From Escherichia phage nithesis, in the sequence record PV252060.1: a DNA stretch of 64,000 bases. One strand, 5' to 3'. The notes under the pieces were generated by a model. That model was not told where the DNA came from and ran no database searches. It saw nothing but the letters and a program-made list of their open reading frames with translations. Positions within the stretch are counted from its first letter, which is position 1, and each line of letters begins with the position of its first letter. Positions 20,732 to 31,700 of this stretch are shown one piece after another. Made by a program: the position numbers and the translations under genes.

Positions 20732-22678
20732 ATGGCTCAAATTACATGGCGTAATGTTGATGCACCTAACTTCTCTGGAGTTGGTGACAGCATTCGCACA
20801 TTTGGCAACATGATTGGTAACGCCACCTCCGGCTTAAGTGATGCACTGGGTAATTTCCAGAACGCTGCCAAGCAGGAGGCTGGCAATGCCGTCATGATGA
20901 ATGCTATGCAGTATCAAGACCCTACTGAGTACCGTAATGCTTTAGCATCCGGTGCACTATTTCAGGGGGTTGACCCTTCATTAGTAAGTCAGCGTACCCT
21001 CCAAAATCTGGATGAACGAGCAGGTACTCTTTTGACCCAACAAGGTCAGCAGGGAATTAATGACTACAATGCTTATCGTTTTGGCCGTTTACAGGATACT
21101 GACTCTGCATTAGATAATGCATCTCCAGCTATTCGTTTACTGTCTGAGGCATATCAGTCTGGTGACCAGAACCGTGTTAATGCTGCACTGAGTCAAACCC
21201 GTGATGCACTGTCTGCACTACCTGCTGACCAACAACTGGATTTGTTGAGTCGTCTACAAGGACAAGGTGGTGCTGCTATTAATCAGGCGAGTAATCGCTT
21301 TGACCTTAATGTACGTCAACGTAATGATGCTGATTCACAAGCTGCATCCGGTATATTGACGGATATTTTCCGTAGTGCTTCTACACCTATGGATGCTCTT
21401 ACACTGGCAGAGTCTGCTATGCAGAATGCTTCCCCGGGTGTACGTGCTGCAATCATGCGAGGTGTGAACCAGAGATTCCCAGGTACTTACGCTACGTCTC
21501 CTTCTGGTTCTGCTCCTGGAACTGCTGGTACTCGTTCTGGTTCTCCTTATGATGCAACCTATACCTTTGCTGCTACTGATAAGCCTATTACTGAAATGAC
21601 ATTAGGTGAGGTTACTAATCATCAGCAAACTATGATTAATAACCCGTCACAAGGTCATTCCCCTGTGGGTGCATTCCAGATTAATAAAGCTACTCTGGAG
21701 GACTATGCTCCTAAAGTACTTGGTTCAGATTGGCGTAATCAGCAAATGACTCCTGAAGTACAGGACAAAATAGCTGAAGCAATCTTTAATGACCGCAAGG
21801 GTGGTAACCTTTCCAAGACTTGGGCTGCATTGCCTGATTTAGGTGTAGGCGGTTATAAGGATATGCCTTGGAGTGAGGCACGTCAGTTAATTGCACAAGC
21901 AGAAGTAGGTGCACCCCTTGATCAGCTACAGACCCAGCAAGTAGTCTCAAACATGGCAGGCAATACGGTTGCTGCTCGTCAGTCTGAAGATAATACTGGA
22001 ACCATTACTGCTAACTATGCTCGTGCATTACGTGACAACTCTACCATTGGTGAAGTAGCAGACCGTCTTCTTAAGGATGCTTTTAAAGGTTCTGAGAAAG
22101 GATGGATGATTGCACGACTGAATGATGTTATGCAGGAATCTGGGCAGTCTCCTGCTGTAGCTGCTGAGATTCTTAAGCAGTCTACTACCAACGTACCGGA
22201 AGGTATGATTAGTCGAGCACTTGATGCACTTAACCCATTCATCTCCAATGAGGGTGGTGGTGGTATTCGTATTGACGATACCGTTGCCAGAGAACTAGCA
22301 CGTTCAGTACGACGTGGGGAAGGTATTGAAGCTACTGCTCGTGATAATGTTCTTACTCTGGTACAGGGTAATATTGAAAATGCTCAGAACCAGGTAACAC
22401 AAGCAGAAGCCTTACTTGCTGATACCCGTCGTCGTGTAGCTGCTGGACAAAGTGGACTTGCTGCTACTATTCCTGCTCGTGAAGCTGAGTTAGTAAGAGC
22501 ACGTGCTGCACTTGATGCTGCTGTTAATACTGTGGTAGCTGACCAGGGAAATCTGGTTCCACAGAACTTCCGTTCTAATGCTTCAGTAGAACGTGAACGT
22601 AGTCGTGAAGATGAAGAACGAGCTAAACGTTATCGAAAATTAGCAGAGGGTTTACCTCCCTATATGCAACCTCGATAA
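20732..22678 (+). CDS. virion protein, function unknown
   Basis: 648-aa ORF immediately upstream of the virion RNA polymerase gene. Confidence 0.4.
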   Translation: MAQITWRNVDAPNFSGVGDSIRTFGNMIGNATSGLSDALGNFQNAAKQEAGNAVMMNAMQYQDPTEYRNALASGALFQGVDPSLVSQRTLQNLDERAGTLLTQQGQQGINDYNAYRFGRLQDTDSALDNASPAIRLLSEAYQSGDQNRVNAALSQTRDALSALPADQQLDLLSRLQGQGGAAINQASNRFDLNVRQRNDADSQAASGILTDIFRSASTPMDALTLAESAMQNASPGVRAAIMRGVNQRFPGTYATSPSGSAPGTAGTRSGSPYDATYTFAATDKPITEMTLGEVTNHQQTMINNPSQGHSPVGAFQINKATLEDYAPKVLGSDWRNQQMTPEVQDKIAEAIFNDRKGGNLSKTWAALPDLGVGGYKDMPWSEARQLIAQAEVGAPLDQLQTQQVVSNMAGNTVAARQSEDNTGTITANYARALRDNSTIGEVADRLLKDAFKGSEKGWMIARLNDVMQESGQSPAVAAEILKQSTTNVPEGMISRALDALNPFISNEGGGGIRIDDTVARELARSVRRGEGIEATARDNVLTLVQGNIENAQNQVTQAEALLADTRRRVAAGQSGLAATIPAREAELVRARAALDAAVNTVVADQGNLVPQNFRSNASVERERSREDEERAKRYRKLAEGLPPYMQPR

Positions 22679-22694
22679 AATCTTACATACTAAT

Positions 22695-22720
22695 AAAGCC
22701 CCATCCGGGGCTTTTCTCTT
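22695..22720 (+). terminator. hairpin terminator/attenuator upstream of virion RNA polymerase gene
   Basis: AAAGCCCC-ATCC-GGGGCTTT hairpin followed by TCTCTT. Confidence 0.5.
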
Positions 22721-22763
22721 ACATTCACTTACTGTACAGTGAATCTTCTTATACGATATAAGT

Positions 22764-25700
22764 TTGAACAGGAATCATGCTATGTCAACATTTGACCGTC
22801 TGGCAGGTTTCGCAGACAGCATCACTACTGCTAAGCAAGTCGATGTCTCTACTGCAACCTCTCGGAAACAAGCTGAACAAGGGCAAAACCCTTTCCAATT
22901 AACTCCTCAGAATGCCTACCAATTACAGGCAGGTCGTGCTGGTAACTTAGGTGCTGGTGCATTTGACCTAGGTTCTATTCAGGCAGATTTTACTAATGCC
23001 TCTCCTCTTGAAATCATAAACAAATATGGCAATGAGCAAGGAATGGACATTCTCAATGCCCGTGTCAATGCAGCTAATGCTGTTCGTCGTGATTTAACTA
23101 AGAGTCGTACATATGGTGAAGCACTTGGTGATACCCTCTCTGGTGTTGGTCTTGGTGTTGCTAATACCCTTGGGGGCATTGCTGCTCTTGGTACAGGTTT
23201 GGTCAATGATAATGCCGGGGCATCCATTGCTTCCGGTCTTGACTGGTTAAACAAAGGTGTACACAACCTACAGTCTGATGCATTGAATGCTCGTCGTAAT
23301 GTAGTACAGAACCAGAACGTAATATCTGCACAGGAAAATGAGAAACTCTATAAGCAAGATGTTGCTAAAGGAGAAAGTGAACTCGTTGCATCCTTATCTC
23401 GTATTGGTCGTGATGCTTATGATTCTGTTGCTAATACTTTGTCCAATGGCATGGCTGCTACAGATGGACTGGCTGAGGGTGTTGGTTCTCTGTTTACTGG
23501 TGGCCCACTTATCCGTGGTGTATCTGCGCTCGGTAAAGTAATGGTAGGTGGTGATAAAGCTGTTAAGGGTATTACCCTAGCTGCTGAGTTAGGTTCACGT
23601 CCTGCACGTACTGCATTAGCTACTGGTCATGTTGCTGCACCTGCTATAGCAATTGGTGGTATGGAAGCTGGTGGTGCATACCAACAGACTGCTAATGAAA
23701 TTATGGAAATGCCATTCAGTGAGTTGGCTGCTAAATCTCCAGTATACCAACAGCATATTAAAGATGGTTTATCTCCTGAAGAAGCACGTCGTCAGACTGC
23801 ATCTGAAACAGGTATCACTGCTGCTGGCTTAACTGCTCCGGTTGCTGCTCTTACTGGTCCACTGGTATCCAAGTTTGAACTTAATCCACTTAAAGTAGGT
23901 TCATTGGCTGGTGCTGGTTCTAACATGCTGCGTGAGACTGTAGAAGAAGGTATCCAGTCTGGTACAAGTCAGTTTGCACAGAACAAAGCAATTCAGGGTA
24001 ATGTAGATGCTAATCGTGATTTGCTTAAAGGTGTGGGTGAACAAACTGGTCTTGGTGCATTGTATGGCTTTGGTTCTGCTGGAGTTGCTCAAGCTCCTGG
24101 TGCAACTGTTAAGGCTGCTGGTGCTGCCGTTGGTCCTGCTGTACGTACTACCCTGGCTGGTGCTTCTCTGGCTGGTAAGGCATTAGTAAAAGCTGCCTCC
24201 CCTATTACTAACATTCTGGTTCAACGTGGGGAAGAAATAGCCAAACGTAATGAACAAGCATCCCCTGTATCAGATGCTACGGTTAACGCTGCTGCACAAG
24301 AAGCTACTGCTCAGGCAGAACAAGCACAAGCAATTGTTCAGGAAGCAGTAGATGCAATGGATATTTCTCCTGAAGAGAAAGCTGCTGCTACTCAGTATGC
24401 TGCTGACTTAACTCAGGCGATGAAGTTCGACCCAGTAGAACTGGAACAAGCTAGTCCTGCAATCCATGAAGCTGTTTCTGGTTCCACTAACCGTGTTGAA
24501 GCTATTCAGAAGATGGCTGACTTGGTTAATACTGCTGAAGACCCTAATGTTCAAATGGAAGCTGCAATCCAGATGTATGACAACATCATGTCTATGGATA
24601 GCTTCATTAACCGTGACCCAGGTGCATTAGCTAATCTGGAACAAGGTTCTCCTGCTGCTAATATTGTTGACCAGTTCTCTGGTCTGATGGCTAACGTTCA
24701 GAATACACCAAAGGTACTTCGTGCATTCCGTGCTATTCATTCTATGATTCAGGAACAGGCTGAAGCAGGTAAACTGAAAGCTACTGAGGAAGCCAACCAA
24801 GCTCAGGCAAACAATATTGCTATGGCTGCTGATATGTCTCCAGAAGTACTGGATGCAGATTCAGTGAACATGGTTCTGAAACATGCAAGTGAAGGTAAGA
24901 TTACACTGGGGAATCGTCAGCGTGCTGCCCTGCAATCTGCTGCTGCTCTATTGCAAGGAGCACGAGAATTTGACGCTAAAGCAGAAGAACTAGGCTTACG
25001 TCCTCAAGACATTGTTAGTAAACAGATTAAAACCGACGAATCTCGTTCTAATGAAGGCCAGTACTCTGCGTTGCAACATGCTAAACGCATTCGTTCTGCG
25101 TACAACTCTGGTAACTTCGATTTGGCTTCCGCTTATCTCGACGACTTTATGAAGTTCGCCCAGCACATGCAGAATAAGGTCGGAGCGTTGAATGAGCATC
25201 TGATTTCTGGGAATGCGGATAAGAATAAGTCTGTCCATTATCAGGCTCTTACTCCCTCCCGTGAATGGGTACGTAGTCGTACTGGCCTCGGTATCAATCC
25301 GTATGATACCAAGTCTGTTAAGTTTGCCCAGCAAGTAGGACTGGAAGCCAAGACCGTAGCTGATATTGCTAACGCACTTGCTACGGCTTACCCGGAGCTT
25401 AATGTTTCTCATGTGAAAGTTACCCCATTGGATTCACGTCTGAACAAGCCTGCTGCCCAGGTAGTTAAAGAGTTCCGTCAGGGCAATCTTGATGCTGCTC
25501 AATCCCAACAGACCAATGAACCAGTGAATCAGGTTGATGAAACTCCTGTTACGAAACAGGAACCAGTTACCCCTACTGTACAGACTAAACCCTCTGTTAG
25601 TGAAGCTGTTAAAACAGAACCTACTATTAAAGAGTCTAAACCACAGACTGTAAAAGAACCTGAGAATCAGTCTGAAAAACAGGATGTCATCGAGAAGTCT

Positions 25701-28700
25701 ACTGAATCTGAAAGGGATACTTATGTGAAAGAGAATACTATTTCACAGGAAACCCTTAATAAGTATGGCGACCGTAAAGAGAGTCCTTGGCTCTTCGCAG
25801 ATGGTACTGTTGTTGGTTCTAATGGTGACCATATCAGTCTGTCCGATGTGTTTGGGCATGATGGTTATCGCGATATGTCTATGGACACTGGTGCTGTTCG
25901 CTCTACCTTCTACAAAGGAAGTGAGCAACCATTTGTATCATTGCAACTGTTTGATAATCAGAAGCTGACTGCTGAACAATTCAATACTGTTCAATCATTC
26001 GTAGAAGCAAACAATGCACTGATTCAGATTGGTGTAGATATGTCTGGGCGTAATACCAATAACGTTGAAAAAGAAGAAGTATCACTGGCTCAACTGAAAG
26101 CAGACTATACCGTTGGTGGTAAACCTCTATCGGAAATGGAAACAGTGTTCCCTGTCTATAACAATGACAAAACACCGAACCAGTTCCTTAAAGCATTTTC
26201 TCTGCCAGAAGAACCTAAGTCCCGTACCATTGGTTCTGAGTCTCCTTTGACTGATGTTAAGAAAGCACTGTCTTCTGCTGCTCGCTTTGAAGCATTCACT
26301 CAAAAAGAAAATAACGCTCTCACAAATGATGTGATTAAGCGTTATCAGGACTTGTTTGATTTTGGTGAAACTTTGAAGACTACTCTGTCTGACCGTCTGG
26401 CTAAGTTCCTTGCTAACAAGAACGTTGGTAAACGTTTTGTAGAAGGTACTGAGGCTAACCGTTGGGTAGGTGGTAAGTTACTTAACATCGTTGAGAAAGA
26501 TGGTGATACCTTTAAGTTCAATGACCAGTTGTTAGAGACTGCTGTACTTGCTGGTCTGCAATGGCGATTAACTGCTACACAGAATGCTGCTGTTAAAGAC
26601 GTGAAAGACGTAGCTGCTATTACTGGTGTAGAAGCATCTCTGCTACCAGAAGGCATTTTGGCTGACTTCGAAAATGCTCAGACATTGGTTGAAGCTACTA
26701 ACTCACTGGCTCAAAAGATTGAATCTTATTGGGGTTTAAATCGTAATCCTAATGCACCACTGGGTTATACCAAGGGTATCCCAATGGCAATGGCTACAGA
26801 GATTCTGTCTTCTCTCATTGAAATGGGTGAAGTTAAAGAGTCCATGCTGGATGTATCTGAGATTGACCCAGAATCTAACAAGACTGTTGGTCTGTATACC
26901 ATTGAGAAGTTAGATGATAACGATGCCATTAACAAATTCCCTACTGCTATTGAAGAAGCTGTTCTCGTAGAACCAGTAGAGAAATTGTACCTGGGTGATG
27001 ATATTCCTTCCGTGGCTCAAACTCAGTTACGTAACCCGGCTGTTAAGAATACCCCGGAACAGAAAGCTGCTCTTAAAGCTGAGCAGGCTACTGAGTTCCG
27101 TGTACATATGCCGATGGTTAACTTCTACGAAGCATTAGGTCGCGACAATATTCTGGAATTGATGGGTGCTGGTGCTCTTAATCCAGAATTGTTGAATGTG
27201 AATACTGCTAAGTCTCTGGAAGGTAAAAACCTGTCAGTGTCTATGGCATATGATTCTTTGTTTGGTGTAATCAACCAGATTAAGGAACAAGAGAATGGTC
27301 TGGATACACCTATTCACTACGGTTACAACATGACCCGTGTAGGTCGTATGCAGATGCTTGGTAAGAACAACCCACAGTCCAGCAAGTTGGTTCGTGAAGC
27401 AATTCTGCCAACCTTCTCTACTATCGACTTGAGTAATGAAAACAGCCAAACGTTCTCTGATTTCCAGTTAGGTCTGGCTCAGGCATTGGGTATCAAAGTT
27501 CATAAAATGTCCCGTGAAGTTATGTCAGATGAGCTGACTAAAGCTCTGGAAGGTAAACTGAAGCCTGCTGTTGATATGATGGTTGAGTTTGATAAGTCTG
27601 GACACTTACCTACCAATGCAGTGGATATTCTGAAGACTTCTTTGGGAAGCGATAAATCATTCGTAGCTCTTATGGCTCTTATGGAATATGCCCGTTATCT
27701 GAATAGTGATGACCGTGCCAACTTTAATACCCCACTGTACGTTGAAGCCGATGGTGTAACCAATGGGCCAATCAACGCAATGGTATTAATGACTGGTGGT
27801 AAGTTCACATCAGACTGGATTAAGAATACTGCTAAGGGGGGTTTGTTCTTTGGTAAAGCTGGCAAGACTATGAACGAGCATCATTCGCATGAGGACAGTG
27901 TTGACCTGTATGAAGCATCCACTAATAATCTACAACAGGCACTGAATGAATTACGCAATACTTACCGTAACAACGTTCCTGTTATGAACCAGATGAATCA
28001 TCTCCAGAAATTAATGGATTTGTTCATTAAAGACTTCAATCTTAATGAAGATGGTACTCTGGACCTGAAACGTGGTATTGCTAAAAACCCACTGACTATT
28101 ACCATCTATGGTTCTGGTGCTCGTGGTATTGCAGGCAAGATGGTTAGTGCAATTACTGATGTCATCTATGAACGCTTTAGTGACGTTCTGCAAGCTCGTG
28201 CTGCTGACCCTAGCATTTCTCCAGCTATGGCTATGTTTGGTAAGGAGGCTGCGTCTGAGGCCGATGCTCAGGCTATGCTGGATACTTTCCTTACTTCTAT
28301 GGAAGCACTGACTGGTAATGTTCCGGTTATGCGTAAAGGGGAGTTGTCTATTCAACAAGTAGAAGGTGCTCTGACTGGTAAGTTAAATCCCCAGAAGTTT
28401 ACTGTATCTGGGAATGCTCTGAAGAACTTGCAGGAGAATATGCTCCATCTGTTCGTTGAACCAATGCGTACTGGTATCCGAAATACTGTTGGTGAGGGTT
28501 TGATGCATTCTACTGAGAATTTGCAGAAGGCTACTCAGATTCAATCTCTGGTATTGCAGGATATGTTCCAGCAAGCAGTACAGGCTAAGCTGGCAGAAAA
28601 AGAAAAAGACCCAACGTGGAAAAAGGGTGATTTCTTAACACAGAAAGAACTGAATGAAATCCAGAATAGCTTAGCTCCACTGGCTCCAATGATTGAGACT

Positions 28701-31700
28701 GGTTCACAAACTTTTTATATTGCAGGTAGTGAGAATACTGATGTTGCTAACCAGGTTCTGGCTACCAACTTGGATGACCGTATGCGTGTGCCAATGAGTA
28801 TCTATGCTCCGTCACAGGCAGGTGTTGCAGGTATTCCATTTATGACCATCGGTACAGGTGATGGCATGATGATGCAGACCCTTTCTACTATGAAAGGTGC
28901 TCCAAAGAATACCCTGAAAATCTTTGATGGTATGAACATTGGTATCAATGACATTACTGATGCAAGTCGTAAAGCTAATGAGGCTGTATATACTTCCTGG
29001 CAGGGGAACCCTATCAAGAATGTTTACGACTCCTACGCTAAGTTCATGAAGAATGTAGACTTCAGCAAACTGTCTGATGAAACCAAACAGGCTATTGCCA
29101 AGTCTGCTCTGGAATACGACCAGCGTGAGGGTGCTACTGATGACCTGTTACGTGTTGGTGCTGAACAGATTGAACGTAACCTACGTAACATTGCTCTGGG
29201 TGTAGATATTCGTCACAAGGTAATGGACCAGGTGCAGGTCACTGTTGACCAGATGGCTGCTGTTGGTGCTCCTTATGTGAACAACGGTAAAATCTCTCTG
29301 GAAGGCCTTACTGTAGACCAGCAAGTAGCTAAGCTGAACGAACTGTTTGATGCTGAATTAAACAAGCGTCGTGATGCAGTGCGTGCTACTAAAGCAGAAC
29401 CAGTAAAAGAAGTACCTGCTATGGAACAGTTTGGTCGTGTACTGAAGTCTGGTGTACGTCTGCTGTCTAATACTGCCATTGCTAAACTGGCTAAAGAGAT
29501 GTCTCCTGAACAGCAAGCAGTATTGAAAGAAATACAGAAATCCCTTGCTGCTAAAGACTATAAAGTTGTTTATGGTACACCTTCTCAACTGGATGCCTAC
29601 GCTATTGAGAAGAATATTACTCGCCCAGCACCAGAAGACATTGAAGCTGCCGAAGCAGGTAATGCATATGGCTGGACTAACTTTGAAGATAAAACCATCT
29701 ATTTAGTTACCCCTTCCTTAGAGACTCTGGTTCATGAATTGGTACATGCTTCTACTTTTGAATCTGTACTGGCTCACTATGAGGGTACTCCTAATGAAGC
29801 AGTCCAGAATATTGAAGACCTGATGAACCAGTTCCGTACTCTGGATGTTAAGGATGAATCTCCGGTAGTACGTGAAGCATATGCTGATGCACTCAATACC
29901 ATTAATGGTCACTTGTCTAATGGTTTTATTGAACCAGCAATGGCTAAAGCTGCTGCACTGAATGAGTACATGGCTTGGGGTTTAACCAACCGTGAACTGA
30001 TTGGTAAGCAGAAGAAAACTACTGCACTTAAAACTATGGTTCAGGCTGTATATGAAGCAATCAAGCGTCTGGTATTCGGACGTAAGAAAGCTCCGGCTAA
30101 TGCAGATGATATGTTCTCTGGTTTACTGTTTAACTCTGCTGTAGTAATGCGTGGACAAGCTCCTACTGCTGCTGTAGCCAAAGACACTACTCTGTTCCAT
30201 AACAAAGCATATGGTGACAATACTCGTCTGGAAGAGCTAGGGAAAACCTTCGATAAGCTGATTACTGACTACATTGGTTCAGAACCAGTACAGCAAGTAA
30301 TTCGTAAAGGTAAGTTCTCTGATGCAGTAGTGAATGCAACTAAAGTAACCCGTGATGTTCAGGCTCATGGCTTCACCATGAATATGCAGGAACAACGTCT
30401 CTTTACTAACATTGTTGCTGCACTAGCTACCGAGGCTGCTATTAATCCAGCTGCTCTGGCTCGTGCACAGGAATACTACACACACGTTACTAAGAACCTG
30501 ACCGTCGAAGCATTCATGGCTGACCCAGATAGTACTAACCCTGCTGACCGTTATTATGCACAGCAGAAGTTCGATACCATCATGGGTGCTAACAACATTG
30601 AGTTTGATGCACAGGGTCGTTCTTCCTTACTGCCTACCTTTGTAGGTCTGGCAATGGTAAGTGAGGAAGTACGTAAGGTACTGGCTGACATTCCTGTTAT
30701 GAAAGCAGATAAGAAATCTGGCAATACTGTTGATGCAATGCTGACTAACATCGGTACTGCTGCAATGGCTAGTCTGAATGCTCGTGTAGCAGGTGATACT
30801 AAAGCTACTAACGTACAGGAAGGTATGGATGCACTGGCTCAGACAATCATGCAGACCAGTCTTAATGCAGAGTCTTTCTATGATTCAGTTGCTACCCCTA
30901 CCGGTAATGCTATTGACCGTGCTAACCAGTATCTGGTGGATTCTATTGATGTACTGTCTACCCGTGCTTTGGAAGGTGCTCGTGAAGTTGCAGCTAATAC
31001 CAAGAACCCACTGGTTAAAGGTGCTGCTCATGCTGCACAACTGGTAGCTGCTATTGCTACAGAGAAGAATGGTTCAATCGTAGCCGAAGGTGTTATGACT
31101 GCAATGAACCAGGGTAAAGTATGGCAACCTTTCCATGACCTGGTTAATGACATAATCGGTCGTACTAAGAGCAATGCTTCTGTATATGACTTGATTAAGG
31201 CAGTACGTGCACAGGTACAGGCTGACCGTCAGCAGTTCCGTGAACACTTGCCTACCACTATCGCATCTAAGTTCAGCCGTAAGCTGACTAATGATGAGTG
31301 GAAAGCAATGCATACCGGTATGGGTAAAACTGACTTAGCTGTTCTGCGTGACACTATGTCTCTGGATGAAATCCGTGACCTACTGTCTGACCAGAAAATT
31401 GTTGACCGTGAGGTTAATAAACTGGAAGCAGATTTGCAGAAACAAGCAGGACGTAACTGGCCTCTGATTAATCGTAAATCTAAGCAACTGGCTCAGTACA
31501 TGATTAATGGTACTGTTGGTAATAACCTGCTGCGTAATGCTACTGCAATTTCTCGTTTGCTGGGTGAACGTAAGACTACCAGTTCTATCGTAGATGTAGC
31601 TCAACTGGATAAACTCATTACCCTGTATGCACTAGAAGCAATGAATAAGACTGACCGTGAGATGTTATCTTCACTGGCTCAGACAGAAATTGAAGGTATG

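Noticed and set aside
22979-23266. Short ORFs on both strands inside the virion RNA polymerase gene
   Set aside because: Nested within the 10.8-kb ORF; no evidence for independent expression.
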